Assembly: GCA_950097015.1 (NCBI GenBank)
Contig: CATNEN010000007.1
Span: 10,478,001 to 10,542,000 of the forward strand
Direction of reading: 5' to 3'
Length of the DNA: 64,000 bases
Origin: Macrostomum hystrix
Taxonomy: Eukaryota > Animalia > Platyhelminthes
This document shows, piece by piece, positions 35,801 to 47,500 of the stretch (the first letter of the stretch is position 1; each line of letters begins with the position of its first letter). A program made the position numbers and the translations under genes. A model generated the notes under the pieces. That model searched no databases. It was given only the letters and a program-made list of their open reading frames with translations, and was not told the origin of the DNA.

Positions 35801-37481
35801 GGTCCGTCGACGGGCTCGATGATTCCGAGCTGCTCCAGTAGCTGCAGCTCCTTGTCCACTGCCTCGGCCAGGTGAATCGGTACCTTAGACGGTGCGTGAC
35901 AAACCGGTCGGGCGTTGTCGGTCAGGTGGATGCTGACTGGCGGCCCGGTGAAGCAGCCGATGCCGCTGAGCACGCTGGAGTACTTGCGCAGTATCCTGCC
36001 GATGCTCTCAAGGGCATCTTGCGGCATTCCACTGGATCTCGTGTTGCCGAGGAGGCTGTCGACAGCCGCCTCCGCTTCCGCGACCTGCAGCACCTGATGA
36101 TCGACCGTCGGTGGTGGTCCGATCCGCAGGATTTCCATTTGAGTGGCCGTCTGCCTGCCGATGATGGTGATGCCTCTGCCGTCGACAACGTGAAATGTGG
36201 CGACCGCCCGTCGGCCGAATAAGCGGATGGACATCGCCGCCTTGCCGATGAGTTGCATCGGCCGGTCCGAGCCGTACGCGAACAACCTGTCAGAGGCTGC
36301 TTGCAGACGCGGCCGCTGTTTAAGGCTCTCAAACGTTGCGCGGTTGATCACATTGCGAGCCGCCCCGCTGTCGATCAGCACTGACAGTCTGGTGCCGTTG
36401 ATCTCAGCTACTGTGTGGGCGGATTGCTGCTCCTGGTCGACCTTGAATATGCCAGTGTCCGGGTCGTCCACCTTCTCGTAGCTGGTCTCACCTTGCAGCA
36501 TCGCGACAGCATTCGAATTGCTTTGGGGCGCCTCCTGCCTGGACCTGCAAGCTCGGGCGAAGTGGCCTGGCTTTCCGCACTTTCTGCAGCTCTTGCCTTG
36601 CGCCGCGGCGCACGTGGAGTGCCCTGGCCTGCCGCACCGATTGCAGCGCACCTGCGGCCCTGGTGGCTGCTCGGCTCTCCGGATGGCTGCGAGTTGCTGC
36701 TGCGGCTCACCTGGCCTGCCGCTCTCCATCGCGCTGGCCTGCTGCTCCGCCGCTTCTTTGGCTCTCGCCTTCCTCAGCACATCTGTCAGGGTGATGTCTT
36801 TGCTCTGTAGGAAGTCTCTCCTCAGCCTCTCGGAGTCACAGTAGGCGACGATTTTGTCTCGGATCAGCGAGTCCTTGATCGCTCCAAACTCGCACGGCTC
36901 CGCCGCCTTGCGCAGGCGCTGGTACCACTGGTCGATTGTCTCGCCTTGCTGTTGTCTGCAGGTCTCGAACTTGAAGCGGAGGAACACGATGCTGTTCTTG
37001 CCGTCCCAGAATTCCTTGATATTCTTTGCGAGGCTGCTGTAGTCTTCCCCAGCGTCAATTTCATTCTCTTCGACGATGGTCTGCAGCTCCTCTCCCGCGG
37101 CGTACAACAGCAGGTGCTGCCCTCGCTTTGCGTCATGGATCCCAGCTGCGTTAATGTATGTGGCGAACCGGCGAGCCCATGCAGTCCAGCGCTGTGCAGT
37201 TGAGTGGCAATCGCTATCGATAACAAACTGGCCGGGAGGCGCGAGAGAAATTTGCTCAGTCATGGTGCACTAGGGGTTCGGTGCTTGCGATGCCATTGTA
37301 ATAACTAAGGCCGAGGCTATTTTTAGTGAGCAGACAAAACTCTCAATCTTTACTGCCACGCTGAGCGCGCGTCCATATATTATTTGCTAGAACTGGGGTG
37401 GCGACACCCACCCCGCTCCGCAACCAATCAAACGACCCAGGTGTACACCTGGGCCTGGCTCACGTGCGTACGCACACTACA
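32867..37481 (-). mobile_element. Full-length Ty3/Gypsy LTR retrotransposon (Mag-like)
   Basis: 185-bp TG...CA LTRs at 32867-33051 and 37297-37481, identical by eye. TSD GACCG at 32862-32866 and 37482-37486. PBS TGGCATCG follows the 5' LTR; PPT GGGGGAGAGA precedes the 3' LTR. Confidence 0.97.
33271..37263 (-). CDS. Gag-Pol polyprotein (2 zinc knuckles, protease, RT, RNase H, integrase), 1330 aa
   Basis: CNRCGRPGH and CRKCGKPGHFARAC; LIDSGA; LDIAKAFYQ; IHDDVVVFG; VDAGPTGLGA...YSQTEKEAL; LAHQGH...CRSC; VTDNGPPF...NGMTER. PR-RT-RH-IN order is Gypsy type. Confidence 0.96.
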   Translation of the reverse strand: MTEQISLAPPGQFVIDSDCHSTAQRWTAWARRFATYINAAGIHDAKRGQHLLLYAAGEELQTIVEENEIDAGEDYSSLAKNIKEFWDGKNSIVFLRFKFETCRQQQGETIDQWYQRLRKAAEPCEFGAIKDSLIRDKIVAYCDSERLRRDFLQSKDITLTDVLRKARAKEAAEQQASAMESGRPGEPQQQLAAIRRAEQPPGPQVRCNRCGRPGHSTCAAAQGKSCRKCGKPGHFARACRSRQEAPQSNSNAVAMLQGETSYEKVDDPDTGIFKVDQEQQSAHTVAEINGTRLSVLIDSGAARNVINRATFESLKQRPRLQAASDRLFAYGSDRPMQLIGKAAMSIRLFGRRAVATFHVVDGRGITIIGRQTATQMEILRIGPPPTVDHQVLQVAEAEAAVDSLLGNTRSSGMPQDALESIGRILRKYSSVLSGIGCFTGPPVSIHLTDNARPVCHAPSKVPIHLAEAVDKELQLLEQLGIIEPVDGPVPWVARMVVVPKKEPGEVRITQDLRDVNRYVIRERHQIPTFEEVTGDMAGSTVFSELDIAKAFYQVPVAEECRNLLTFSTPRGLRRLTRLCMGLSTSQEILQSVMCRVLAGLPNVKWIHDDVVVFGRTMAEHNSSLEACLARLAQRGITLNARKCRLARSSIEFMGMRLTAEGVQATESKVAAVQEFKEPETISQLRSFLGLVNYLAVFTPQLAKVAEPLRRLTRKNTDWQWGADQASAFAQLKRSIAEPTTLAFYDKRLRTQLIVDAGPTGLGAILAQVQHDGSSRPVAYASRTLSDVERRYSQTEKEALAVKFGCLKFEYYLYGSPEFTVISDHKPLTAMYAPGSRPPPRVERMALRIQHLVFKVEYQPGASNAADILSRQPLNAEGSRTSEQLREAYINEVAQAAVPKALTLEDIRKSSASDPVIRAAIAAMQGGQWDRSSAEMRSLHALREELSAVDGVLLRHQRIVVPAALRQQMLELAHQGHQCSQKTTARLSSKVWWPRMATQAEEFVSRCRSCAITSHTPAVRATPLQPTPIPKGAWLSIGADFVGPINNNMLLVCVDRYSRFPEVQLMQTTTAEALVPRLREMFARFGIPQELVTDNGPPFSSKEFGRFLESYGIKHRLITPYYPAANGMTERLNRSINKVVRAAIEERRDWRAALDEWLLAYRNTPHTATGRAPAELLMGRRPNDVIPAARPSQRVRINEQRLREMDASAKAAMKQRADARRRPRRHEIQVGDSVLRRRVGASKTQTPFESGAWTVQRVAGNSLMLRRDGAACWRHCTAVKVVTPESDDAGARPQAAAPETPGEAARNPAESPVALRPHPRAARGGVKIYKD

Positions 37482-37999
37482 GACCGTACACCTCACTTTC
37501 CTATTTACATAGATGCTATGGACTATTTAGCGAATTAATTTCTATTATTAACAGGTTCGGTTGTGCAGATTCTGTCTCCAAGTTTCTCATTTTCCGTTGC
37601 TTGCTATTTTGGTTCCCAGAGCCGGGTGGGTCCGCTTTGCATTTGAGAAAGTCGGGGGCGTTCGGCAAGAATCCGGCAGCGCAAGCTCAGTGTCAGAGAA
37701 ATTCGAAGCATTTTAAAAGTTATCGATTGGCCAAGTTGTCCACAGCCCTGCATGATCTGCAGATTCGGCACAGCAGGCAACAGTGGGACAGGGTTTTACT
37801 GTAAACTGCTGTTCTGTTCAGCAAAATACTTGGTGTAGAGAGGCCGAGCCGGTTAGTACACGTATATGCAGGCAGCTTCGAGTGCGGCTGAAGTTGCCAG
37901 TCACCTAGATTTCGGTGAGACATGCAAGACATTACGAAATGCACCTTGTCCTACTGCACGTACTGTTAGGGGAAACTCGACTGAAGGAACACGACCAGA

Positions 38000-38470
38000 G
38001 TTTTCTAGCATAACACACATTCTAGGACTGCATAACACTTTCTAGGACTGCATAACACATTCTAGGACTACATAACACTTTCTAGGACTGCATAACACAC
38101 TTTCTAGGACTACATAACACACTTTCTAGGACTACATAACACATTCTAGGACTACATAACACTTTCTAGGACTGCATAACACATTCTAGGACTACATAAC
38201 ACTTTCTAGGACTGCATAACACAATTTCTAGGACTGCATAACACACTTTCTAGGACTGCATAACACACTTTCTAGGACTACATAACACACTTTCTAGGAC
38301 TGCATAACACATTCTAGGACTACATAACACTTTCTAGGACTGCATAACACATTCTAGGACTACATAACACTTTCTAGGACTGCATAACACTTTCTAGGAC
38401 TGCATAACACATTCTAGGACTACATAACACACTTTCTAGGACTGCATAACACTTTCTAGGACTACATAAC
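38000..38470. repeat. 20-22-bp minisatellite
   Basis: Unit TTCTAGGACT(G/A)CATAACAC(A/T), ~22 copies. Confidence 0.95.
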
Positions 38471-39266
38471 AATGCGATGCTTAATCTGCTTCATTGGTGC
38501 CAACTGTGAAAATAGAGACCAGAATACAATGCATAGTTGATTGTGGCGAATACCAGTAGCAATATGCCAGCTTAATAACCAAAAAGTCATGTTTATTCCA
38601 TAAAACAACACAAAGAATAAGCAAATACAAGATAAACAGGCTAAATATTACGGTCATAACACAGAGGGCATTAGTAGTGAGTCAAGACTCCATGGAATTG
38701 TTTTATTTGTATCTATGGACAACAAAATAGATATATCGCAGGTTGCTCGTACAACAGCAACAACTAGGTACTATGCAGTTGGTAAACAAAGGAAGACGAA
38801 CAAACAAAAGATCACAACAGCCATTAAACATGTCGCGTAGAACAATGGAAACAGCTGACAGGATTATTGTGACTGGCGTCACGAGGCAGTCAGCACAGCT
38901 CTGACGATAATGCAGGCATCGGACATTAGAGGCGCCAACAAATAGCTTGACTACACCTGCTTAGGGCAGCGTACAAGTACATAGCATTTGCACTCCCAAC
39001 AGCAGAGCTGATAACGCTTTATACAACTCCAATATGCTGTTACAGATTCGTGCGTAAGGCATGATATTGGGACTAAATCGGACCAGTTCTGACTGCCTGA
39101 TCAGGCTACAACCAGACAGGACCAGTGCCTGATCAGGCTACAACCAGACAGGACCAGTTCTGACTGTGCCTGATCAGGCTACAATAAGACCAGAAAACTT
39201 ATAAGACGCACCAGTCATAGTCAGGGTAATGCACTCATGACCATGCTCATGCGGTCATCAGACGAG

Positions 39267-42200
39267 TTAGACATCGTCAAAGAAGCCCCCGCGCCCGCTA
39301 ACCGGCTTGTAGGGCGGAGGCGGCTGCGACTGTCGCAGCTGATGATTCCCGGTGCCGCGCCCTGGCGGCTGGGCCGTCGGGAACAGCGGCTGCGTGTCGG
39401 CTTCGAACTCCACCGGCTCGCTGCCCGCCTGCAGCAGGCGCTCAAAAGATCGCGGCGCAGCCGATGAGGCTGCGGCCGACCCGGAGCCACCGGACCGGCG
39501 CGACTGAGCTGGCTTCCGCGCGAACAGCTCGTCCTCTTCGTCGGCACTTTCGTTGGCCTTCAGCAGGCTGACGGAGGCACCGCTACTGGTAGCGCCGAGT
39601 CCGCCACGACTGCGTCTTGCGCGCTCTGGCGGACGGAAATTAGTTAAGGTGAAAATGAAAAATGACTGGGAATTGACAACCAACTCTGAAGCAACTAATC
39701 AAGGTAGCCACTCTCAACCAATCAGATCACTCTGAAAGGGTCCTTGCCAGTTTTAACCAATCAGATCACTCTGAAAGGATCCTTGCCAGTTTTAACCAAT
39801 CAGATCACTCTGAAAGGGTCCTTGCCAGTTTTAACCAATCACATTATTCCGAAAGACTACTTGCCGTATCAGATCAACCAAACCTACCTCTACGCAGCAG
39901 CAACCGTCCCTCCTCCAGCAAGTCAGATGTGAGCTCGTCGTCAGAGCTGATGAACTGCTGCACACCCAAGCAGTGCAGTAGGCGGGTGCCCAGCCGGAAG
40001 TAGGTGGCCAGGGCCAGGAGCAGGATGGCGATGGGGAAGTACAGGTTAACGCCATTCGAGATGATGGCCACAAGGTCCAGGTGTCCCATCAGCTGAGTGT
40101 AGGCAGTCTGGGCGCTGAGGCCGCTGGCCAGGTGGGAGTCGAGGTGCACCAGGCCTAGGAAGTTGAGGCACAGCGGAGGCGTGAGGCGGCAGAACAGCAT
40201 GCCGCTGAAGATGAGGCTGTTCTCGTCCGTGTGGTGGTTGGGTACCAAGCGGAAATAGTTGAACAGTTTCAGCCGGAACACGGTGAAGTAGGTGCAGGCG
40301 CACAGGTAGCCGATGGCCAGCAGGCAGGCCAGCTGCACAGGCAGGGCACCCGGGCCAGCCTGCACCAGCAGGGCTAGCGGGGTGAGCACCGGCGACTTGA
40401 TGAAGAAGGTGCACTCGCACCAGAGCACCAGGGCGGAGGCGGCCAGCAGGAGGCAGGCGGCGCCGCGGAGCAGCCAGTTGCGCGCGTGGCACTTCCAGTA
40501 GAACTCCAGGCCCGGCCCGAGCAGCCGCCGGAGTAGCCCGCCGCAGTCGGCGCCGGTGCTGTCGAAATCGCCATCGCCGCGACGAAAGAAGTGCAGCCGA
40601 GAGCCTCGATTGGACTCGATATCCTCCAGGAAGGCGGCGGAAGCGTAGGCCTCCTATGAAGTGTTGAATATAGTGTTAGGAATACATAATAATAATACTT
40701 GGTGACACTAGACCCGCAGCCAGCGAGGAGGCAATTCAGCCCATTTTGCTGACTCCTGAGCACACAATCACACAGAAACCGTACACAGGCACACTCTCAC
40801 ACAGGCGTGTACATCTGCTCAGAGCTTCTCACCGTCAGGCAGTGTACATTTTCATTGCGCCTTGGAAGTTGGCCCTCAAGGCCGTAAATTACACGACCAG
40901 CCTTCCAGCTGAGAGTTTAGAGATGCATTAGCTACTGACGACTGACAAGTAGCGTGTAGCGAAAAATATCAGAATTACCCTCAGTGACATGTCTCTCATG
41001 AAACCAAACCGAGAACTGAAAGCACAGGTCCCTCAGTGCCATCTTAGTGATCCCATATTCCCTCTCAGCAAATGGGCATCACCTGCAGCAGGCAGCGACT
41101 CTGCTGCTCGCGCTTGATGGCCTTCTTCAGGCGGCAGTGCAGCTTCACCAGCCGCTTGCTTGTCAGGCCGCCGCCGCCCCCGTCCTCGTCCTCGTTGAGT
41201 CGCCGCCTGGCAGCGGCAATTGATGACGCAGTCGGCTTGCCGCGGCTAGGAATGGCGTCGCCTCCGGAGTAGCCGCTGCCCTCTGCCAGGTCGGCAACTG
41301 TCCGGGCGTTGGCGGCCAGCGGGTGCGTCGGGCCGGACACTGTGTCGGCGAGTTGGACGGCCTCGGTGGCCAGATCCTCCAGCTCCTCCTGGTGCTCAAT
41401 GAGCTCGGAGTTGACCTTGGCCAGCCGGAAGTAGGCCCGCTTCAGGCTCTCGCCAGGACAGCCAGCGCTCCAGACGGAGCGGGGCAGCTCAACCAGGCCG
41501 TAGCCGAGAAACAGCACAATGAGCACAAGGCCCCATGTGTTGCTGGCTGTGATGCCGATCACACGAAGCTGGGCGCTGTGCGGTGGTGGATTATGTATGT
41601 ATCGCTCATTGCTAATAAAGCAGTTTGACTAATCATACACCAATAATTTACTAAGAGTTCGACGCACAGCAGCAACTCCTCCTTCGGAGGAAATTATTGC
41701 AAAAAACAAAGATACAAGAGATACGTACAAATCAATGTGAATATCCGGTCGAGTAGCCACGTAGATAAAGCAGATGGCAAATATGAGCAGGTAGGTTGAG
41801 TAGTAGAGCGCATTGTCCACTAAAGCCGCCTTCACCTTGCCTAGAACTGTGAACTCGCCCGCCTTAGCGTAAGACTGCATCATGGGCAGGAAGATCCTGC
41901 GGGATATGCGGGGTGAGACTGGACTAGATGGGGATCTGAGATGGAGCAGACTGGACTAGATGGGATCTGGGATGGAGCAGACTGGACTAGATGGGATCTG
42001 GGATGGAGCAGACTGGACTAGATGGGATCTGGGATGGAGCAGACTGGACTAGATGGGATCTGGGATGGAGCAGACTGGACTAGATGGGATCTGGGATGGA
42101 GCAGACTGGACTAGGTGGGATCTGGGATGGAGCAGACTGGACTAGGTGGGATCTGGGATGGAGCAGACTGGACTAGGTGGGATCTGGGATGGAGCAGACT

Positions 42201-42908
42201 GGACTAGATGGGCAGCAAGAAGTACTCCGCACCAGGTGAGGAACTGGCAGGACCAGTAGATGACGCGCCAGAAGTTGACCAGGAAGCCACGCGGAATATA
42301 GTTCCACGGTTTGCGGCAGGCCGGCGCGGCAGTGCCATTATTCTCCACTGAGGCATTGCTCATCAGGCAGTCCTCATAGAATGTCTTCATAAAGGGTCAG
42401 GGACAATGAGCTAACTTTAGCCGGCAAGATGCTTGGTCATGTGCTTGCCGGCCGGATAATAATCCATCAGCCATCAGGCTGATTACAGACACTCCTATTG
42501 ACCCATCAGGCTGATTACAGACACTCCTATTGACCCATCAGGCTGATTACAGACACTCCTATTGACCTATCAGGCAGATTACAGACTCTTCCATTGACCC
42601 ATCGGGCATATTATAGACTCTTCTACTGAGCCATCAGGCAGATTAAAGACTGTTCTATTGACCCATCAGAGTGATTGCTTAACTCTTTTATGGTGATCGA
42701 GTACAGCCCCACCCACTGCACTCACACAGTTGATGTCTGTGGGCAGGATGAAGACAATGAGGAAACAGAACTGCCAGGCCATGAAGGTGACACCAGTAAC
42801 AACCAGCTGCTGTTTTCGCCAGTTGCCATAGTGATGTAGCAATGATGCTGTGAGCAGGACAACACAGACTATTTCGAATAAAAGAAATGAGTACCCAGCA
42901 CCAGACAT
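39267..42908 (-). CDS. LMBRD2: LMBR1-domain-containing protein 2 (multi-pass membrane protein), ~706 aa; exons 42908-42726, 42384-42233, 41896-41729, 41575-41083, 40653-39888, 39625-39267
   Basis: [11 protein letters not shown]...[16 protein letters not shown]; PWNYIP...[29 protein letters not shown]; ITASNTWGL...[10 protein letters not shown]; [33 protein letters not shown]; C-terminus FFDDV. Exons total 2121 nt. Confidence 0.95.
39716..39845. repeat. 39-bp tandem repeat (~3 copies) in LMBRD2 intron 5
   Basis: Unit AACCAATCAGATCACTCTGAAAGGGTCCTTGCCAGTTTT. Confidence 0.9.
41915..42212. repeat. 31-bp minisatellite in LMBRD2 intron 2
   Basis: Unit GACTGGACTAGATGGGATCTGGGATGGAGCA, ~9.5 copies. 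Confidence 0.96.
42471..42668. repeat. 32-bp minisatellite in LMBRD2 intron 1
   Basis: Unit CCATCAGGCTGATTACAGACACTCCTATTGAC, ~6 copies. Confidence 0.92.
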
Positions 42909-44559
42909 TGTAAGGTACTGAGTGAACAGGCTGCTACTGTAATAAAAAATATTTTTTACAGTTTGTTACATGAAACACACAGGTATATTATCTGATTAGC
43001 TACTTAATTAGATTCTAAATAGATTCTACATACTTGGTTTCTTAAAATACAATTTTTTATTTAATAGGAGTATAAAAACTGCAAAAATAGATAAGAATTT
43101 AACTTTTTTACATTGATGAATTTTTAATATTTAGTAAATATATAAAATGTACAAATTTGAAAGTTGCTATATAGTTCAATAGTGAACTTGAGCAAATATA
43201 CTTTTAACATTAATTGACAATATTATTAATATATGCATAAGCTAGTGGCCAATAATATATAATGATAAATTTTATGCCTATAGTATAAGTAGGGGATTAA
43301 GACATGAATAGCAATAAAAAAGCTATAAATAATAATAGACATATGTTAAATTAACAAATATGAGGGTTAAATATAAAACGAAAGTACAAAACTAGGCCTG
43401 AAAATAGGGCCTATAAATATTAAGGTTGGAGCTCAACAAGCAAGCAATCACAAAATAAAAAACTTGGCTGAAATTTCTTGCTATAAAATGCATGTAGCAA
43501 GTTAAATGATCAAAATTAGGTAAAAATGTAATCATAAATTCTGTGTTTGAACTGAAAGCATATTAAATGTTAATCATAATTTTACTAATTGCTCTAACCA
43601 AAGAACTAACTGCAGTAGGCCTAATATCGGTCCCAAGTCATGCAAGTAAAAAGTCAAGTCACTTTCAGTAATAATTTGGGTGACTTTTAAAAAGCTTTTG
43701 ACAATTTAGCTAGATATGGCCGAATTCAAACTAGAGCTATTATAGCCATAGGCCTCATATCATAGTGTACTTGTAGTACAGTAGGGGCCTAATACTACTA
43801 CCCTGGAGTCTGGACATAAAATTAAATTAAAACTAAGGACTGGTCATGGCTTGTTATAGGGAAATGCACGAAGTACTAACTAATATTCGCAACTCATACC
43901 TTGAAAATAATTCTGATGACTTAAAATCTAACATGTGCATTCCTTCCTTTCTTCCTTCTAATATACTAAAAATGAACTGTTTATTTACTTACTTGGTTGT
44001 AATTGATTTTCTCCCGAACGGCTCAACCGATTTTCACCATTTCTTCACCAAAAGATGCTAAATATGGGGAGAATTATACACGTATTTTTATTAAGCTTAA
44101 CTTTATTGCTAAGGGGATTAAATATTCGAAAAACATGATTTTTTCAAAGGTCAAACCATCTTGGCCTATTGAGAATTTTACTCACTGCCACTGAATTAGA
44201 ATTGCATCGTCAAATTGCGCAACAACCCCTAGCTGATTGAATTTGAAGCCTGCACTCTGGAGACAAATTAGAAATAAATGTACACAACCAACCGCGAGAC
44301 TGAGTGTACTCTATTTTCTTACTTCATTGTACAAAGCCAGAACTTTGAGAATTCATTTTATAAGGCAGATTTTTGCACCCACTAACCAACAGTCGGAATA
44401 GCCGATGTGTAGGCACTAGGAATAGGTTAGGCTAGGCTAGGGTTCGATTCTGCACTGCGTCAAATCATTTAGACTAATTTTCAGCCAGTAGTGATTGAAG
44501 ATTATTTTAATTTATTTTTTTCATTTCGTAAATAAAATATCATAAATCATAGCACACCT

Positions 44560-47500
44560 GAGTTTGAATCATTGCAAAAATAGAGTTTGAATCATGGCTA
44601 AACCAGAGTCTGAATCATGGCTAAACCAGAGTCTGAATCATGGCTAAACTAGAGTCTGAATCATGGCTAAACCAGAGTTTGAACCATGGCTAAACCAGAG
44701 TTTGAATCATGGCTAAACCAGAGTCTGAATCATGGCAAAACCAGAGTTTCAATCATGGCTAAACCAGAGTTTCAATCATGGCTAAACCAGCGTCTGAATC
44801 ATGGCTAAACCAGCGTCTGAATCATGGCTAAACCAGAGTTTGAATCATGGCTAAACCAGCGTCTGTATCATGGCTAAACCAGAGTTTGAATCATGGCTAA
44901 ACCAGAGACTAAATCATGGCTACACCAGGCTTTGAATCATGGCTAAACCAGAGTCTGAATCATGGCTAAACTAGAGTCTGAATCATGGCTAAACCAGAGT
45001 TTGAACCATGGCTAAACCAGAGTTTGAATCATGGCGAAACCAGAGTCTGAATCATGGCAAAACCAGAGTTTCAATCATGGCTAAACCAGAGTTTCAATCA
45101 TGGCTAAACCAGCGTCTGAATCATGGCTAAACCAGCGTCTGAATCATGGCTAAACCAGCGTCTGAATCATGGCTAAACCAGAGTTTCAATCATGGCTAAA
45201 CCAGCGTCTGAATCATGGCTAAACCAGCGTCTGAATCATGGCTAAACCTGAGTTTGAATCATGGCTAAACCAGAGACTAAATCATGGCTAAACCAGCGTC
45301 TGAATCATGGCTAAACCAGAGTTTGAATCATGGCTAAACCAGAGACTAAATCATGGCTAAACCAGCGTCTGAATCATGGCTAAACCAGAGTCTGAATCAT
45401 GGCTAAACCAGCGTCTGAATCATGGCTAAACCAGAGTTTGAATCAGGGCTAAACCAGAGACTAAATCATGGCTAAACCAGCGTCTGAATCATGGCTAAAC
45501 CAGAGTTTGAATCATGGCTAAACCAGAGACTAAATCATGGCTAAACCAGCGTCTGAATCATGGCTAAACCAGAGTCTGAATCATGGCTAAACCAGCGTCT
45601 GAATCATGGCTAAACCAGAGTTTGAATCATGGCTAAACCAGAGACTAAATCATGGCTAAACCAGCGTCTGAATCATGGCTAAACCAGAGTTTGAATCATG
45701 GCTAAACCAGAGTTTGAATCATGGCTAAACCAGAGACTAAATCATGGCTAAACCAGCGTCTGAATCATGGCTAAACCAGCGTCTGAATCATGGCTAAACC
45801 AGAGTTTGAATCATGGCTAAACCAGAGACTAAATCATGGCTACACCAGGCTTTGAATCATGGCTAAACCATCATCATCAGCATGGCTAAACCAGAGTCTG
45901 AATCATGGCTAAACCAGAGACTAAATCATGGCTAAACCAGAGTTTGAATCAGGGCTAAACTAGAGTCTGAATCATGGCTAAACCAGAGTTTGAATCATGG
46001 CTAAACCAGAGTTTGAATCATGGCTAAACCAGAGACTAAATCATGGCTAAACCAGCGTCTGAATCATGGCTAAACCAGCGTCTGAATCATGGCTAAACCA
46101 GAGTTTGAATCATGGCTAAACCAGAGACTAAATCATGGCTACACCAGGCTTTGAATCATGGCTAAACCATCATCATCAGCATGGCTAAACCAGAGTTTGA
46201 ATCATGGCTAAACCAGAGACTAAATCATGGCTAAACCAGCGTCTGAATCATGGCTAAACCAGAGTCTGAATCATGGCTAAACCAGCGTCTGAATCATGGC
46301 TAAACCAGAGTTTGAATCATGGCTAAACCAGAGACTAAATCATGGCTAAACCAGCGTCTGAATCATGGCTAAACCAGAGTCTGAATCATGGCTAAACCAG
46401 CGTCTGAATCATGGCTAAACCAGAGTTTGAATCATGGCTAAACCAGAGACTAAATCATGGCTAAACCAGCGTCTGAATCATGGCTAAACCAGAGTCTGAA
46501 TCATGGCTAAACCAGCGTCTGAATCATGGCTAAACCAGAGTTTGAATCAGGGCTAAACTAGAGTCTGAATCATGGCTAAACCAGAGTTTGAATCATGGCT
46601 AAACCAGAGTTTGAATCATGGCTAAACCAGAGACTAAATCATGGCTAAACCAGCGTCTGAATCATGGCTAAACCAGCGTCTGAATCATGGCTAAACCAGA
46701 GTTTGAATCATGGCTAAACCAGAGACTAAATCATGGCTACACCAGGCTTTGAATCATGGCTAAACCATCATCATCAGCATGGCTAAACCAGAGTTTGAAT
46801 CATGGCTAAACCATCATCATCAGCATGGCTAAACCAGCGTCTGAATCATGGCTAAACCAGAGTTTGAATCATGGCTAAACCAGAGTTTGAATAATGGCTA
46901 CACCAGAGTTTGAATCATGGCTAAACCAGAGTCTGAATCATGGCTAAACCATCATCATCAGCATGGCTAAACCAGCGTCTGAATCATGGCTAAACCAGAG
47001 TTTGAATCATGGCTAAACCAGAGTTTGAATCATGGCTAAACCAGAGTTTGAATCATAGCCAACCAGAGTTTGAATCTTGGCTAAACCAGAGTTTCAATCA
47101 TGGCTAACCCGGCGTTTGAATCATGGCTAAACCAGAGTTTGAATCATGGCAAAAACCGAGTTTCAATAATGGCTAACCCAGCGTTTGAATCATGGCTAAA
47201 CCAGAGTTTGAATCATGGCTAAACCAGAGTTTGAATCATGGCTAAACCAGAGTTTGAATCATGGCTAAACCAGAGTTTGAATCATAGCCAACCAGAGTCT
47301 GAATCATGGCAAAACGAGAGTTTGAATCATGGCTAAACCAGAGACTAAATCATGGCTAAACCAGCGTCTGAATCATGGCTAAACCAGAGTTTGAATCATG
47401 GCTAAACCAGAGACTAAATCATGGCTAAACCAGCGTCTGAATCATGGCTAAACCAGAGTCTGAATCATGGCTAAACCAGCGTCTGAATCATGGCTAAACC

